Of a stretch of 64,000 bases of DNA, positions 40,982 through 51,030 are shown in pieces. The notes beneath the pieces are model-generated. The model was not told where the DNA came from. It made no database searches and saw only the letters and a program-made list of their open reading frames with translations. Position numbers and translations under genes: made by a program. The first letter of the stretch is position 1. Each line of letters starts with the position of its first letter. The DNA is taken from positions 256,001-320,000 of the forward strand of contig CAVXRD010000003.1 of assembly GCA_963764165.1 (NCBI GenBank), in the 5' to 3' direction. This DNA comes from an uncultured Verrucomicrobiae bacterium. Its GTDB lineage: Bacteria > Verrucomicrobiota > Verrucomicrobiia > Limisphaerales > Palsa-1400.

Positions 40982-42376
40982 TTAGACGGTAGGCGCCGGT
41001 GGAGTTGCGGTGCGCTGGAGGAATCTTCCGCGCTTTGAGTCGCCGACAAATTTGCCGTTCCTAGCCGCGATTTCGCCGCGCACGGTCACCACTTCCGGGC
41101 GGCCCTCGATGTCCATGCCTTCGAACGCATTGTAATCGAGATTCATTCGCTGGGTCGCGGCGCTGATTTTGCCGCGATACGATGGATCGTAGACAACAAG
41201 GTCCGCGTCCGCGCCGAGCTGGATGGTGCCTTTGCGCGGAAAGAGGCCGAAGATTTTTGCGGCTGCGGTGCTGGCGGTCTGGACGAATTGATGCAAATCA
41301 AGCCGGCCGCGCTTCACGCCGTGCGTAAAGTACAAATTGATGCGGTCCTCCAGCGACGGAATTCCGTTGGGAATTTTCGTGAAGTCGTTTCGGCCCATCT
41401 GTTTTTGGGTGGCGAAATCAAAGGGCGCGTGATCCGTGGCGAGCGTGGCGATGCTGCCGTTGCGCAGGCCGTTCCAGAGCACATCCTGGTTGCCCTTCTC
41501 GCGCAGCGGCGGCGACATGACAAATTTCGCGCCTTCAAAATTCGGCTTTTCGGCGTCCGTTTTGTCGCAGAGCAAATATTGAATGAGCGTTTCGACCTTC
41601 ACATCGACACCTTGCGCGGCGCCGCGGATGGCTTCGCGCAATGCCTGGTGGCAGCTCAGATGCACGATGTAAACCGGCGCTCCCGTCATGCGCGCAAAGG
41701 TCATCAAGTGATGCACGCCTTCGGCCTCCACGATGGGTGGGCGGCTCCAATAATGGTATTCGGGGCCGGTTTTTCCGCGGGCAATCAGTTGCTTCTGCTT
41801 TTCCAAAATAAGATCCGCGTTTTCGCAATGGGCGGTGGTGATGACTCCCAGTTCGCGCGCGAGGCTCAAGGTTTTGTAAAGCTCCTCATCGGTCACTCCG
41901 AAAGCGCCCTTGTAAGCCAGGAAAATTTTGAAGCTGCTGATGCCGCGTTTGACGATTTCGCGAAAGTCCTGCTCCGCTTCCGCGTCGTAGCGCGTCACGC
42001 CCATGTGAAAGGTGAAATCGCACGCGCTCTGGCCACTGGCTTTTCCGAGCCACAGTTCGAACGCTTCAAGCGGCTTTTCCGAGCGGGCCGGGCAAATCAT
42101 TTCTATGAACGTGGTCGTGCCGCCGATCAATGCGGCCTGGCTGGCGGTCTCATGGGTGTCCTTGGCGCTGGTGCCCATGAACGGCAAATGTATGTGAACG
42201 TGCGGATCGATGAACCCCGGAAAAACATAGCGGCCCGTGGCGTCGATGATTTCCACGCCTGGCGGTGGTTCGATGTTTTTGTCGATGCGAGTGATGGTTT
42301 CGTTCTCGCAATAAATATCGGCGACATACCTTTCACTCGCCGTGACGATTTCACCGCTTTTAATCAGGAGAGCCAT
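40982..42376 (-). CDS. hydA: Dihydropyrimidinase / D-hydantoinase
   Basis: PGFIDPHVH, SFKIFLAY, AHCEN, VHLS, MSPPLR, ATDHAPF. Confidence 0.93.
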   Translation of the reverse strand: MALLIKSGEIVTASERYVADIYCENETITRIDKNIEPPPGVEIIDATGRYVFPGFIDPHVHIHLPFMGTSAKDTHETASQAALIGGTTTFIEMICPARSEKPLEAFELWLGKASGQSACDFTFHMGVTRYDAEAEQDFREIVKRGISSFKIFLAYKGAFGVTDEELYKTLSLARELGVITTAHCENADLILEKQKQLIARGKTGPEYHYWSRPPIVEAEGVHHLMTFARMTGAPVYIVHLSCHQALREAIRGAAQGVDVKVETLIQYLLCDKTDAEKPNFEGAKFVMSPPLREKGNQDVLWNGLRNGSIATLATDHAPFDFATQKQMGRNDFTKIPNGIPSLEDRINLYFTHGVKRGRLDLHQFVQTASTAAAKIFGLFPRKGTIQLGADADLVVYDPSYRGKISAATQRMNLDYNAFEGMDIEGRPEVVTVRGEIAARNGKFVGDSKRGRFLQRTATPPAPTV

Positions 42377-42443
42377 GACGGCGCCAATAATTTAACTGGC
42401 TGGCCACTCCGTCAAGGAGTATAACGCAGAGCAGCCGTTGCAA

Positions 42444-42541
42444 GGCAGGGACGCCTCGGCGAGGCGTCCGAGGTCACGGCGTTTTTCGATCGCGTCCGGA
42501 CTCGCGAATGTCCCCGGACGCCTCGGCGAGGCGTCCCTGCC
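42444..42541. repeat. REP-like doublet family B
   Basis: GGCAGGGACGCCTCGGCGAGGCGTCC ... GGACGCCTCGGCGAGGCGTCCCTGCC. Confidence 0.9.
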
Positions 42542-42572
42542 CTGCGCGCGCGCGAATTTAAGAAATAAAATT

Positions 42573-42989
42573 ATGAACTCGTCCACATCTTTTATTGCCT
42601 CGAAAATCCTCGGCGGGGAGTCTGAACTCGTTCGCCAGCACAGTTTCACCCGCTGGATGTCGCGCGACCTGATGCAGGCCGCCGGCGATTTCTGCCGCAA
42701 CCTCGGCCTGATCCCGATTTACTGCGAATGCTCGCCTGACCATTTGACACGCTACATTTTCTGGCGGCCGCCGCAGGGCACGGGGTTCGATGTCCGCTCG
42801 GGACGCACCAAAGACAAGTTCGAGGAATTGGACAAGGCCAATCGCGAACGCTCGTGGAAGCTTCTTTCGCTGCACATCAACGAAGCGGATGTTTATTCCG
42901 CGGTTTGGATATCTCCCGATCATTACGAAACGGCGAAAGCGTTTTTGCTCGCGCACGGCATCACCACAGCCGAACGCCCCCATGCTTAA
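42573..42989 (+). CDS. Hypothetical protein
   Basis: 138-aa ORF after repeat; YSAVW motif. Confidence 0.6.
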   Translation: MNSSTSFIASKILGGESELVRQHSFTRWMSRDLMQAAGDFCRNLGLIPIYCECSPDHLTRYIFWRPPQGTGFDVRSGRTKDKFEELDKANRERSWKLLSLHINEADVYSAVWISPDHYETAKAFLLAHGITTAERPHA

Positions 42990-43001
42990 GGTCAATAAAT
43001 T

Positions 43002-43355
43002 ATGACGGAGAAGAATGAAGGATCTGACGCGCCTGTGATGGTGGTCGTTGCCTACAAACCGCTGGCGGGAAAGGAATCCGCTCTGCTCGATCTGACCAGG
43101 AAGCACGTCCCGGTCTTGCGTTCGCAAGGCCTCGTGACGGACAGGGAGCCTTATGCGATGCGCGCCAAAGACGGCACCGTCATCGAGGTGTTCGAATGGA
43201 AATCTGAAGCCGCCGTCAATTCAGCGCACAACAATCCGGTCGTCCTGGGAATGTGGAAGGAATATGGCGAAGCGTGCATTATTCTCCCATTGAACAAGGT
43301 TGCGGAATGCGGCGACATGTTCGCGGGCTTCGAGCCTGTCGATTTGAGCTTGTAG
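43002..43355 (+). CDS. Hypothetical protein, possible ABM-like alpha/beta barrel
   Basis: VVAYKP..GKE, EVFEWKSE..AH pattern. Confidence 0.7.
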   Translation: MTEKNEGSDAPVMVVVAYKPLAGKESALLDLTRKHVPVLRSQGLVTDREPYAMRAKDGTVIEVFEWKSEAAVNSAHNNPVVLGMWKEYGEACIILPLNKVAECGDMFAGFEPVDLSL

Positions 43356-43363
43356 CTCAGAGC

Positions 43364-44872
43364 ATGGAGCGCTTCGTTTGCGCGGCCATCGCCGCTGTGT
43401 TGTTGACGTGTTTGGGGTGCGGAGGGCCTGCGCCATCCAACCGCATCATCTTCCCGGATTCGTCCATCCACGGGCGCGCCTCGCAGCTGATCATGGACAC
43501 CGGATCATCTTCCAGCGTCCTTTTCGCCGGGCGCGCCAAGGCGCTGGGGCTGAAATTCGACGACATCACCGAATCCACCGCCATCACAATTGCCGATCAA
43601 ACTTTTAACGCGCCGCTTCCGGTATTTCGATTCGCATGGTATTTTCGCCCGTTCCTTACGTCGCGTGTATTCTCCGCCGACGGGCTTATCGGCTGGCCGG
43701 AAGTGCGGCGCAATATTCTTATGTTTGACGGCCAGAATCGAACCGTGCGCGCTCTCGGCGCCCTGCCGCCGGAAACCGCGCAATGGACGAAATTGCGCGT
43801 CATCCCAAATGATTGGCTCCTGCTCGAAATTCCGCTGGACGATGGAAAGACCGGCACGATGGAGGTCGACACCGGTTCGCCTTTTGGGATCGAAATGGTT
43901 CCCGACGATTGGAAAAAGTGGCGCGCCGCCAACATGCATAGCAGCACATCCTCCCACCTCGGCGGCGTTCTTTCGTTTGGATTTTACCGCGTCCATGCGG
44001 CTTGGGCAGACGAATACAAATTCGGCCCGGTCACCCTGACCAATGTTGCCGTCGAGAACATGCCGGCCAGCCAGGGCGATTTCATTCTGCGCCAGGCGCC
44101 CAAGGCGAAAAAAGTTTGGTCCATCGGATTGTATGCGCTGACCCGGATGGACTTGATTGTTGACGGCAAGAATGGCTGGGCTTACGTCCGTCCAAAACCA
44201 ACCCCTGCCCCGCCCTATCCCGGATTGAAGCGCCCCGGCGATGCGCGGCCATCGGGCGACCTGCCCGCCGCTGCCGCCAACTGGAGCGTGACGCGGGATG
44301 TGCGCGTGAGCGGCGACAATCTGGTATTGCTCTCTGGAAACATCAAATCCGCACGCCGTCAATTCAAGGAGGCGCTGGCCGATTACAATTACGCCATCGA
44401 GTTGAATCCCGAGAATGCGGACGCTTATTCGCGCCGGGGCGTGGTGGAACAAATCGATGGCGATTTCAGAGCCGCCATTTCCGATTACGAAAAAGTGATC
44501 GCGTTGAAACCCGAAGGATCCGATTGGGAGCGGTTGTACCGCTCAACATTGCTGGCCCGGGCGAGCCTGCCGCCGGAGGATTTTTCAAAAAGCCTGGCCG
44601 CCTGCAAAGAAGGCTGGACACGGACGGTTGGGATGTTTCTCAGCGGAAAAATCGATGAAAAAGCGCTGAAAGAAGCCGCAAAAAAAAGCGATGGCGAACC
44701 CGTTGAGGAACAGAAGGGCTTGAGCCTTTTCTACATTGCCATGACGCATCTTTCCAAGGGGGACATTTCGACAGCGGCGGAATTATTGAAAAAATACCGG
44801 GTGATGGCGTCTCACGACGACGACGAATATCAATTTTGCCTGGCCGAGCTGGCGCGGCTGAAGGTAAAATAA
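43364..44872 (+). CDS. Lipoprotein: two-lobed retropepsin-like aspartyl protease plus TPR repeats
   Basis: Lipobox CLGC; MDTGSS and VDTGSP; ALADYNYAIELNP TPRs. Confidence 0.8.
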   Translation: MERFVCAAIAAVLLTCLGCGGPAPSNRIIFPDSSIHGRASQLIMDTGSSSSVLFAGRAKALGLKFDDITESTAITIADQTFNAPLPVFRFAWYFRPFLTSRVFSADGLIGWPEVRRNILMFDGQNRTVRALGALPPETAQWTKLRVIPNDWLLLEIPLDDGKTGTMEVDTGSPFGIEMVPDDWKKWRAANMHSSTSSHLGGVLSFGFYRVHAAWADEYKFGPVTLTNVAVENMPASQGDFILRQAPKAKKVWSIGLYALTRMDLIVDGKNGWAYVRPKPTPAPPYPGLKRPGDARPSGDLPAAAANWSVTRDVRVSGDNLVLLSGNIKSARRQFKEALADYNYAIELNPENADAYSRRGVVEQIDGDFRAAISDYEKVIALKPEGSDWERLYRSTLLARASLPPEDFSKSLAACKEGWTRTVGMFLSGKIDEKALKEAAKKSDGEPVEEQKGLSLFYIAMTHLSKGDISTAAELLKKYRVMASHDDDEYQFCLAELARLKVK

Positions 44873-44902
44873 TTCTCAATTTTCCTCGAATCCAGAACCT
44901 TG

Positions 44903-45006
44903 AAATTAAACAGGAGGAAGACCGAGGGAGCGGAGAGATAGGAAAAAATCAGCGTGAGCAAAAAGCCGTCTTTCTCTGCGCTCTCGGTCTTTCTCCTCTT
45001 CAAATT
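44903..45006. repeat. Imperfect purine-rich/pyrimidine-rich inverted repeat
   Basis: AGGAGGAAGACCGAGGGAGCGGAGA versus TCTCTGCGCTCTCGGTCTTTCTCCT. Confidence 0.65.
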
Positions 45007-45135
45007 CTTGTTTTTCACGTCCCGCGCCAGTAACGGGACGCAAGGCAAATTTCTTCGCGTCCTTGTTGTAGGGAGCTTTTCGAGGTTTTGCGCTTGATTC
45101 GTCCGCCAACACATTCAAACTCCATTTCCTAAGCT

Positions 45136-46404
45136 ATGACGTCAACCAAACGTGTTCAGGCCGCATACCAGGCGGCTCGCGACTCTTTCGCGGCACTCGG
45201 TGTCGACACCGAAGCGGCCATGCGCCAGCTTTCCAAAATCCCCATTTCCCTCCACTGCTGGCAAGGAGACGACGTCGGCGGTTTTGAAAACGCGGGCGGC
45301 GAACTTGGAGGCGGCCTGGCCGTCACCGGAAACTATCCGGGCAAAGCCCGCACTTCTGAAGAGCTTCGCGCGGACCTCGAAAAAACATTTTCATTCGTGC
45401 CGGGAAAGCATCGGCTTAATTTGCACGCCTTCTACGGCGAATTCGGCGGCAAACGCGTCGACCGAAATGAAATTGAGGCGGCGCATTTCAAGAATTGGAT
45501 CGCCTGGGCCAAAACGCATGGGCTCGGGCTCGATTTCAATCCAACGTTCTTCTCTCATCCGAAAGCGGCTGACGGATTCACCTTGGCGCATCGCGATAAA
45601 TCCATCCGCAAGTTTTGGATCGAGCACGGGATTGCCTGCCGCCAGATCGGCGCGGCGATGGGCAAAGCGCTCGGCAAAACCTGCGTCACCAACGTCTGGA
45701 TTCCCGACGGATACAAAGACACACCCGTCGACCGCAAAGGCCCGCGCGAACGGCTCGCCGAGTCGCTGGACGAAGTTTTCGCGAAGCCGCTCCCGGCCAA
45801 ATTCAATCTCGACGCCGTCGAGCCAAAATTGTTCGGGCTCGGCTCGGAAAGCTATGTGGTTGGCTCGCACGAATTTTATCTCGGCTACGCCATCACCCGC
45901 AAAAAGCTGCTGTGCCTTGATGCCGGTCATTATCACCCGACCGAAACCATTGCCGACAAAATTTCGTCCGTGCTGGGCTCGGTGCGGGAAATTCTTCTGC
46001 ACGTCAGCCGCGGCGTTCGCTGGGATAGCGACCACGTTGTCATTCTCTCGGACGAATTGGAGGCGATTGCGCAAGAGTTGGTGCGCGGAGATTTCCTGGG
46101 GCGCACGCACATCGGACTCGATTATTTCGACGGCAGCATCAACCGCGTCGCCGCCTGGACGATTGGCACGCGCGCGATGATCAAGGCGCTGCTGCTTGCC
46201 CTGCTCGAACCCATCGATCTTCTGTGCAAGGCGGAAAACGAAGGCGATTACACTTCGCGGCTGGCGTTGCTCGAAGAAACCAAGACCCTGCCCTTCGGCG
46301 CGGTGTGGGACGCCTATTGCGAAAGCCAAAACGCCCCCGTCGGTTCGGCGTGGCTCGCGGAATTGAAGAAATATGAGCAAGACAGTCTGTCAAAACGAAA
46401 ATAA
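45136..46404 (+). CDS. rhaA: L-rhamnose isomerase
   Basis: [43 protein letters not shown]. Confidence 0.97.
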   Translation: MTSTKRVQAAYQAARDSFAALGVDTEAAMRQLSKIPISLHCWQGDDVGGFENAGGELGGGLAVTGNYPGKARTSEELRADLEKTFSFVPGKHRLNLHAFYGEFGGKRVDRNEIEAAHFKNWIAWAKTHGLGLDFNPTFFSHPKAADGFTLAHRDKSIRKFWIEHGIACRQIGAAMGKALGKTCVTNVWIPDGYKDTPVDRKGPRERLAESLDEVFAKPLPAKFNLDAVEPKLFGLGSESYVVGSHEFYLGYAITRKKLLCLDAGHYHPTETIADKISSVLGSVREILLHVSRGVRWDSDHVVILSDELEAIAQELVRGDFLGRTHIGLDYFDGSINRVAAWTIGTRAMIKALLLALLEPIDLLCKAENEGDYTSRLALLEETKTLPFGAVWDAYCESQNAPVGSAWLAELKKYEQDSLSKRK

Positions 46405-46410
46405 AATCAC

Positions 46411-47604
46411 ATGACCCCAAATCCATTCCTCGGTGTTTTCCTTCACTGGATGGGCGGCCTCGCTTCCGGCAGTTTTTACGTCCCGTATAAAGGCGTCAAA
46501 AAATGGTCGTGGGAAACCTACTGGCTGGTGGGCGGATTTTTTTCGTGGATCATCTGCCCGTGGGTTTTGGCGCTGATTGGAACGAAGGACGTCATTGGAG
46601 TTCTGTTGCATCAAACGGCCGGCACCCTGGGATGGACTTATTTTTTCGGCGTTTTGTGGGGCTTCGGCGGGCTGACGTTCGGATTGGCCATGCGTTATTT
46701 GGGGATGTCCCTTGGCATGGGTGTGGCGCTGGGATACTGCGCGGCATTTGGCACTTTATTGCCGCCGATTTTCAAAGTGTTTCTCCCGAACGTGCCGGGC
46801 GAAAGCATTGTTCAAATCGCCAGTTCGACTTCTGGAAAATTCACGCTGGCGGGTGTGGTGGTGTGTTTGCTGGGAATTGCCGTGGCCGCGGCGGCGGGTT
46901 TCACCAAGGAAAAGGAAATGCCGGAAGCCGAAAAGAAAAAAGCAATCGCTGAATTCAATTTCAAGAAGGGCATTTTGGTTGCCACTTTTTCCGGAATCAT
47001 GAGCGCTTGCTTCGCCTTTGCATTGCAGGCCGCCAAACCCATCGGCGATGCCTCAGAGGCTGCGGGCACCGCAAAAATCTGGACGGGCCTGCCTGCCCTC
47101 ATTGTGGTGCTGCTGGGTGGATTCACGACCAATTTCATCTGGTGTGTCATGTTGAATTTCAAGAACAAGACCGGCTATCAATACCTGGCGGGCCACGCCC
47201 GGCCCGAGCATGCCGGGGAAGGTGGCGCGGGCGGCGGCGAGCTCGGCCCCGGCGCCAGCGTTAAGCCCTCTGATATCGCTGACTTGAAAATTCCCATGCT
47301 GGGCAATTATTTTTTCTCGGCCCTGGCAGGAACGACGTGGTATTTCCAATTTTTCTTTTACACAATGGGAGCCACTCAAATGGGCAAGTACGATTTCGCG
47401 TCATGGACCCTCCACATGGCAAGCATCATTATTTTCAGCACGATTTGGGGATGGATTTTTCACGAATGGCGAGGATCCAGCAAGAAAGCCCATCTTCTCA
47501 TCACCGGCGGCATCGCCACGCTGATACTTTCCACGCTGGTCATTGGCTATGGCACACGCTTGAAGGCGCATGAAAGCCCGACGCCGCCGGCAAAATCATC
47601 CTGA
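46411..47604 (+). CDS. rhaT: L-rhamnose/proton symporter
   Basis: FYVPYK..KKWSWE, GLAMRYLGMSLG, WYFQFFFY, SWTLHM. Confidence 0.95.
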   Translation: MTPNPFLGVFLHWMGGLASGSFYVPYKGVKKWSWETYWLVGGFFSWIICPWVLALIGTKDVIGVLLHQTAGTLGWTYFFGVLWGFGGLTFGLAMRYLGMSLGMGVALGYCAAFGTLLPPIFKVFLPNVPGESIVQIASSTSGKFTLAGVVVCLLGIAVAAAAGFTKEKEMPEAEKKKAIAEFNFKKGILVATFSGIMSACFAFALQAAKPIGDASEAAGTAKIWTGLPALIVVLLGGFTTNFIWCVMLNFKNKTGYQYLAGHARPEHAGEGGAGGGELGPGASVKPSDIADLKIPMLGNYFFSALAGTTWYFQFFFYTMGATQMGKYDFASWTLHMASIIIFSTIWGWIFHEWRGSSKKAHLLITGGIATLILSTLVIGYGTRLKAHESPTPPAKSS

Positions 47605-47854
47605 CTGGCTGCGGGGCGGATTTAAATCCAGATTGGGACGCGGCCGCGGCAGCCGCCCGCGCCGTCCTTCAATGCATGACAACATCCGCCTTTCAGTAAT
47701 GGTTGACACTACGGCGAAATCCAAAATCCGCCTCGCAGACGGCCATGATCATTCAGGTATTATGCCCACGGATTTAGCGGTGTGAAATGACGCTCGTCGG
47801 ACGCGAGCAACAACCGGACTCCTGCGAGCCGCCGCATCCATAGAAAGTGCAACC

Positions 47855-48058
47855 ATGACTCAATCTGTGCCCATATTGAATTCGATCTGCGGATTCCTCC
47901 TTTTTTACACCATGTTCATTGCCTACCTGTTCCGCGGCGACTTGCGCGGACAACGGAATTGGCGCGGATTGGACTATGTGTGGGTTCCAGCGGGCGGTTT
48001 GGCGGGACTCTGCCTCATTTTGATTTTGTGGCGCAGCGCCGGCCACCCAGCGCATTGA
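47855..48058 (+). CDS. Small two-TM hypothetical protein
   Basis: 67-aa ORF with two hydrophobic segments. Confidence 0.5.
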   Translation: MTQSVPILNSICGFLLFYTMFIAYLFRGDLRGQRNWRGLDYVWVPAGGLAGLCLILILWRSAGHPAH

Positions 48059-48060
48059 AA

Positions 48061-48162
48061 GGCCGCGACGCCTCGCCGAGGCTTCCGGTTGGCGCGGGAA
48101 AAATGCGCCGGCCGCGCGTGCAGAACGCCTCGCCCCAGACGCATCGGCGAGGCGTCCCTGGC
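48061..48162. repeat. Degenerate REP-like doublet family B
   Basis: GACGCCTCGCCGAGGCTTCC ... GACGCATCGGCGAGGCGTCCCT. Confidence 0.75.
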
Positions 48163-48216
48163 AACAGCGAATGATTGTGTGGCAATTTTCTTCGCGCCGC
48201 ACTAGTGTTCTGCTTC

Positions 48217-49218
48217 ATGACGAAAACGCTTTCTTTAATGTTGTCGGCTGCCGTCGTTTGCGCCAGCCCGCTCACTTCGCGCGCCGGTGGATTTCTTATT
48301 GTCGCCAACAAGGGCGACCGCACCGTCGGCATCATTGATCCGGCTCTCGGGGAGCAAATCGCGACGGTGCCGGAGGATGGGATTACGTGCCACGAATTGG
48401 TGTGCTCACCGGACGGCAAAACAGTTTACGCGCCCATTTACGGAAACGCGGGTGTCGGCTCGCCCGGCACAGACGGCAGCATTATGCGGGTGATTGATGT
48501 GCCGTCGCGAAAAGTCGTCGGCACGGTTGATTTTGGAAAAGGCGTGCGCCCGCACTGCGCCATGCTCGGGCCGAAGAACGGATTGCTCTACGTTTCAACG
48601 GAGCTGGAGAACTCCATCACGATTATTGATCCCAAGACGTTGAAAATCGTCGGCTCCGTCCCGACCGGCAAGGAGCAGTCGCACATGTTCACGATTTCGA
48701 GCGACGGCCATTTGGGCTACACCGCGAACGTCAATTCCGGCACAGTTTCAGTGCTGGACATGGATGCAAAAAAAGTGGTGACGATCATTCCGGTTTGCGA
48801 CGTCACCCAGCGCATTGCCATTTCCAAGGATGACAAATGGGTTTTTACATCCGACCAGAAAACCCCGCGCCTTGCTGTGATTGACACCGCGAAAAACACC
48901 GTTGACCGCTGGATTGACATGCCAGACGTCGGCTACGGCTCGGCCGTCACACCGGACGGCAAATACCTGGTCATTGCGCTGCCGCACAAAAACCGCGTGG
49001 CTGTGATCGATATCGAGAAAAGCAGTGTGTCGCGCACTATCGAAGTTCCTCGCGCCCCGCAGGAAACGCTCGTCCGCCCGGATGGCGGCGAGGTTTATGT
49101 GTCGTGTGACGCGAGCAAGAAGGTTGCTGTTATTGACACGAAACGCTGGATGGTGCGGAAGATGGTTTCCGCCGGCGCCGGCGTGGACGGATTGGCCTGG
49201 GCGCCTTCCGCTCCTTGA
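48217..49218 (+). CDS. Secreted YVTN/YncE-type beta-propeller protein
   Basis: Signal peptide; repeated SPDG..YV..N..V.VID blades. Confidence 0.88.
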   Translation: MTKTLSLMLSAAVVCASPLTSRAGGFLIVANKGDRTVGIIDPALGEQIATVPEDGITCHELVCSPDGKTVYAPIYGNAGVGSPGTDGSIMRVIDVPSRKVVGTVDFGKGVRPHCAMLGPKNGLLYVSTELENSITIIDPKTLKIVGSVPTGKEQSHMFTISSDGHLGYTANVNSGTVSVLDMDAKKVVTIIPVCDVTQRIAISKDDKWVFTSDQKTPRLAVIDTAKNTVDRWIDMPDVGYGSAVTPDGKYLVIALPHKNRVAVIDIEKSSVSRTIEVPRAPQETLVRPDGGEVYVSCDASKKVAVIDTKRWMVRKMVSAGAGVDGLAWAPSAP

Positions 49219-50753
49219 ATCGTGAGGGCGAAGTCCTGGCTGAGAACTTCGCCAAATTCGTGGTAGTCCTGCACGCAAACGGTGAAGCGATAAACTCCGG
49301 CGCGTGTGGGAACGCCGCTCAATTCTCCCGTGAACGGATCAAGTGACAATCCCGGCGGCAAGCTCCCTTCTGTGACGCCCCAATTGTAAATGGGAATTCC
49401 GCCCGTGGCGGTCAGGCCCTTTTCGTAACGGCGGCCTTGCTGCCCGGCCGGCAAATTCGACTTTGGAAACGTGAAAGAGGCGAACGCGGCATTCGAGCGC
49501 AGTGTGTAACCCACTTCCTGCGCGCACAGGAGATCGAGCTTTGTCATGGTCCAGCGGCAGCGCGGAATTTCCCCGTAGTATTCGTAGCCGAATGCGCCTT
49601 GGCCGCTTTCGGGATCGATCACGCCGGTGAGGTGGTCGTCGGAAATCGAAATGGGAACGGGCTTGCCGTAATATTGCCTGACCGCCGCGCTCGTAAATCC
49701 CTTGTTGGCCAGCGCCCGGCTGAACCCGGGATGGCCCTTGTTGAAAATCAGCGCATGGCCGATTTCGTGGTGGGCAATGGAGTAAAAATCGTTGGTTTGA
49801 TGGCGCAAGTTTTGCGTGGCCAGCCAATCGGCGTCGTTGGTCAGATAGAGCCAATGGAGTTTGTTGTAATTGCCTTCGACACACGCCTCAAACGCGCCCG
49901 AGCGATGAATCGCCAGCGGTATGCCGTGGCTTGCTTGGCTGCGGCCCGCGTAACTGGTTTCGCCGCCGGAACGCAGTTCCCGGTTTGATGTGCCATAGGC
50001 GTAAAGTTGGTAGCCGGTGAAGTTGTTGGTGCTCGTGAAATAATGTCCGCCGTCCCAATTATCATTCCAAATCCAAGTCGATTCCGCGCCGGGCGGCGTC
50101 GCATCCAGGTCCATCCCAGCGAAATAATACGACCAGTCATCCGCGGCCTGTTGCACGATTCCGCGGGCGGCGCGATTGGTGAAAAACCCGGTGGCGTCGA
50201 GGGCAAAATTAACCGCCACGCCAAATTCATTCGCGCGATGCGTATCTTGTTCGAGGACGCGTATGGCAACCGTGTTGGTTTGAGAAATGTTGTTGGCATC
50301 GGTGAACACCACTTTCAATGTGCAAGGTCCCGCGATGGCTGTGTGGGCCGGGAAAATGGACATCTTGATGACGACTGGCTTGTCCGGTTCAGTCACCGGG
50401 CGGAACGCTTTGGGCCCGTCTGCGCCCGGTTGGCACGGATTGTTGAAATAGAGGCGTTCGCCGTTGGCGGAAAGCGTGAATGTGCCGGGCAGCGCAGCGT
50501 CCAATGGCGGGACGAGGCGGAATTTGATGAGCGGGTTGGCCATGTAACCGTCGCGATCAACGAGCGTGATGCCGTGTTCGCTTAACGAGCGGCCGAAAAT
50601 ATCCTGTATTTTGATCTCGGCATGAGCTGCCGAGAAAAATGAAATCCAGCACACTGCGACGAAGAACCAGGACGCCGAGAGCGGCCGGATTTTAGGGTGA
50701 AGATTCCGATTCGTTTGGGAAAAACGATTGTGTGACAAGCGTTGGTTGCGCAC
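49095..50753 (-). CDS. Secreted zincin-like metalloprotease with C-terminal putative Ig domain
   Basis: Signal peptide (AAHA), HHEIGHAL, GSLPPGLSLD..TG.LSG.PT; start uncertain. Confidence 0.75.
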   Translation of the reverse strand: MRNQRLSHNRFSQTNRNLHPKIRPLSASWFFVAVCWISFFSAAHAEIKIQDIFGRSLSEHGITLVDRDGYMANPLIKFRLVPPLDAALPGTFTLSANGERLYFNNPCQPGADGPKAFRPVTEPDKPVVIKMSIFPAHTAIAGPCTLKVVFTDANNISQTNTVAIRVLEQDTHRANEFGVAVNFALDATGFFTNRAARGIVQQAADDWSYYFAGMDLDATPPGAESTWIWNDNWDGGHYFTSTNNFTGYQLYAYGTSNRELRSGGETSYAGRSQASHGIPLAIHRSGAFEACVEGNYNKLHWLYLTNDADWLATQNLRHQTNDFYSIAHHEIGHALIFNKGHPGFSRALANKGFTSAAVRQYYGKPVPISISDDHLTGVIDPESGQGAFGYEYYGEIPRCRWTMTKLDLLCAQEVGYTLRSNAAFASFTFPKSNLPAGQQGRRYEKGLTATGGIPIYNWGVTEGSLPPGLSLDPFTGELSGVPTRAGVYRFTVCVQDYHEFGEVLSQDFALTIQGAEGAQANPSTPAPAETIFRTIQRFVSITATFLLASHDT

Positions 50754-50802
50754 GGAAGCGCATCATGCCAAAACGAACGTGAAAGAACAAGTGGCAGTTG
50801 TA

Positions 50803-50921
50803 CAAGCTCCGTCAGGAGCGGCACTGGAGGCGATCACTCGTGCGCGGCAGGCGCCGCTCCTGACGGAGCTTGAAAATCCTTTTGTGATCATTTCTACAAC
50901 GGTGCCGCGCCTACGGCGCTT
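50803..50921. repeat. REP-like family C inverted repeat
   Basis: Perfect 20-bp IR CAAGCTCCGTCAGGAGCGGC / GCCGCTCCTGACGGAGCTTG plus an outer TGCCGCGCCTACGGCGCTT arm. Confidence 0.85.
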
Positions 50922-51030
50922 CGACGGCAACGCGAGATGAAGAATTTTGGCTCACACTCCGCGAAATTTTCGCAATTTGGAAATCAACTCGTGTCAATTG
51001 GCGGCGGCGGGGTAAGATGAAGTTGAATTT

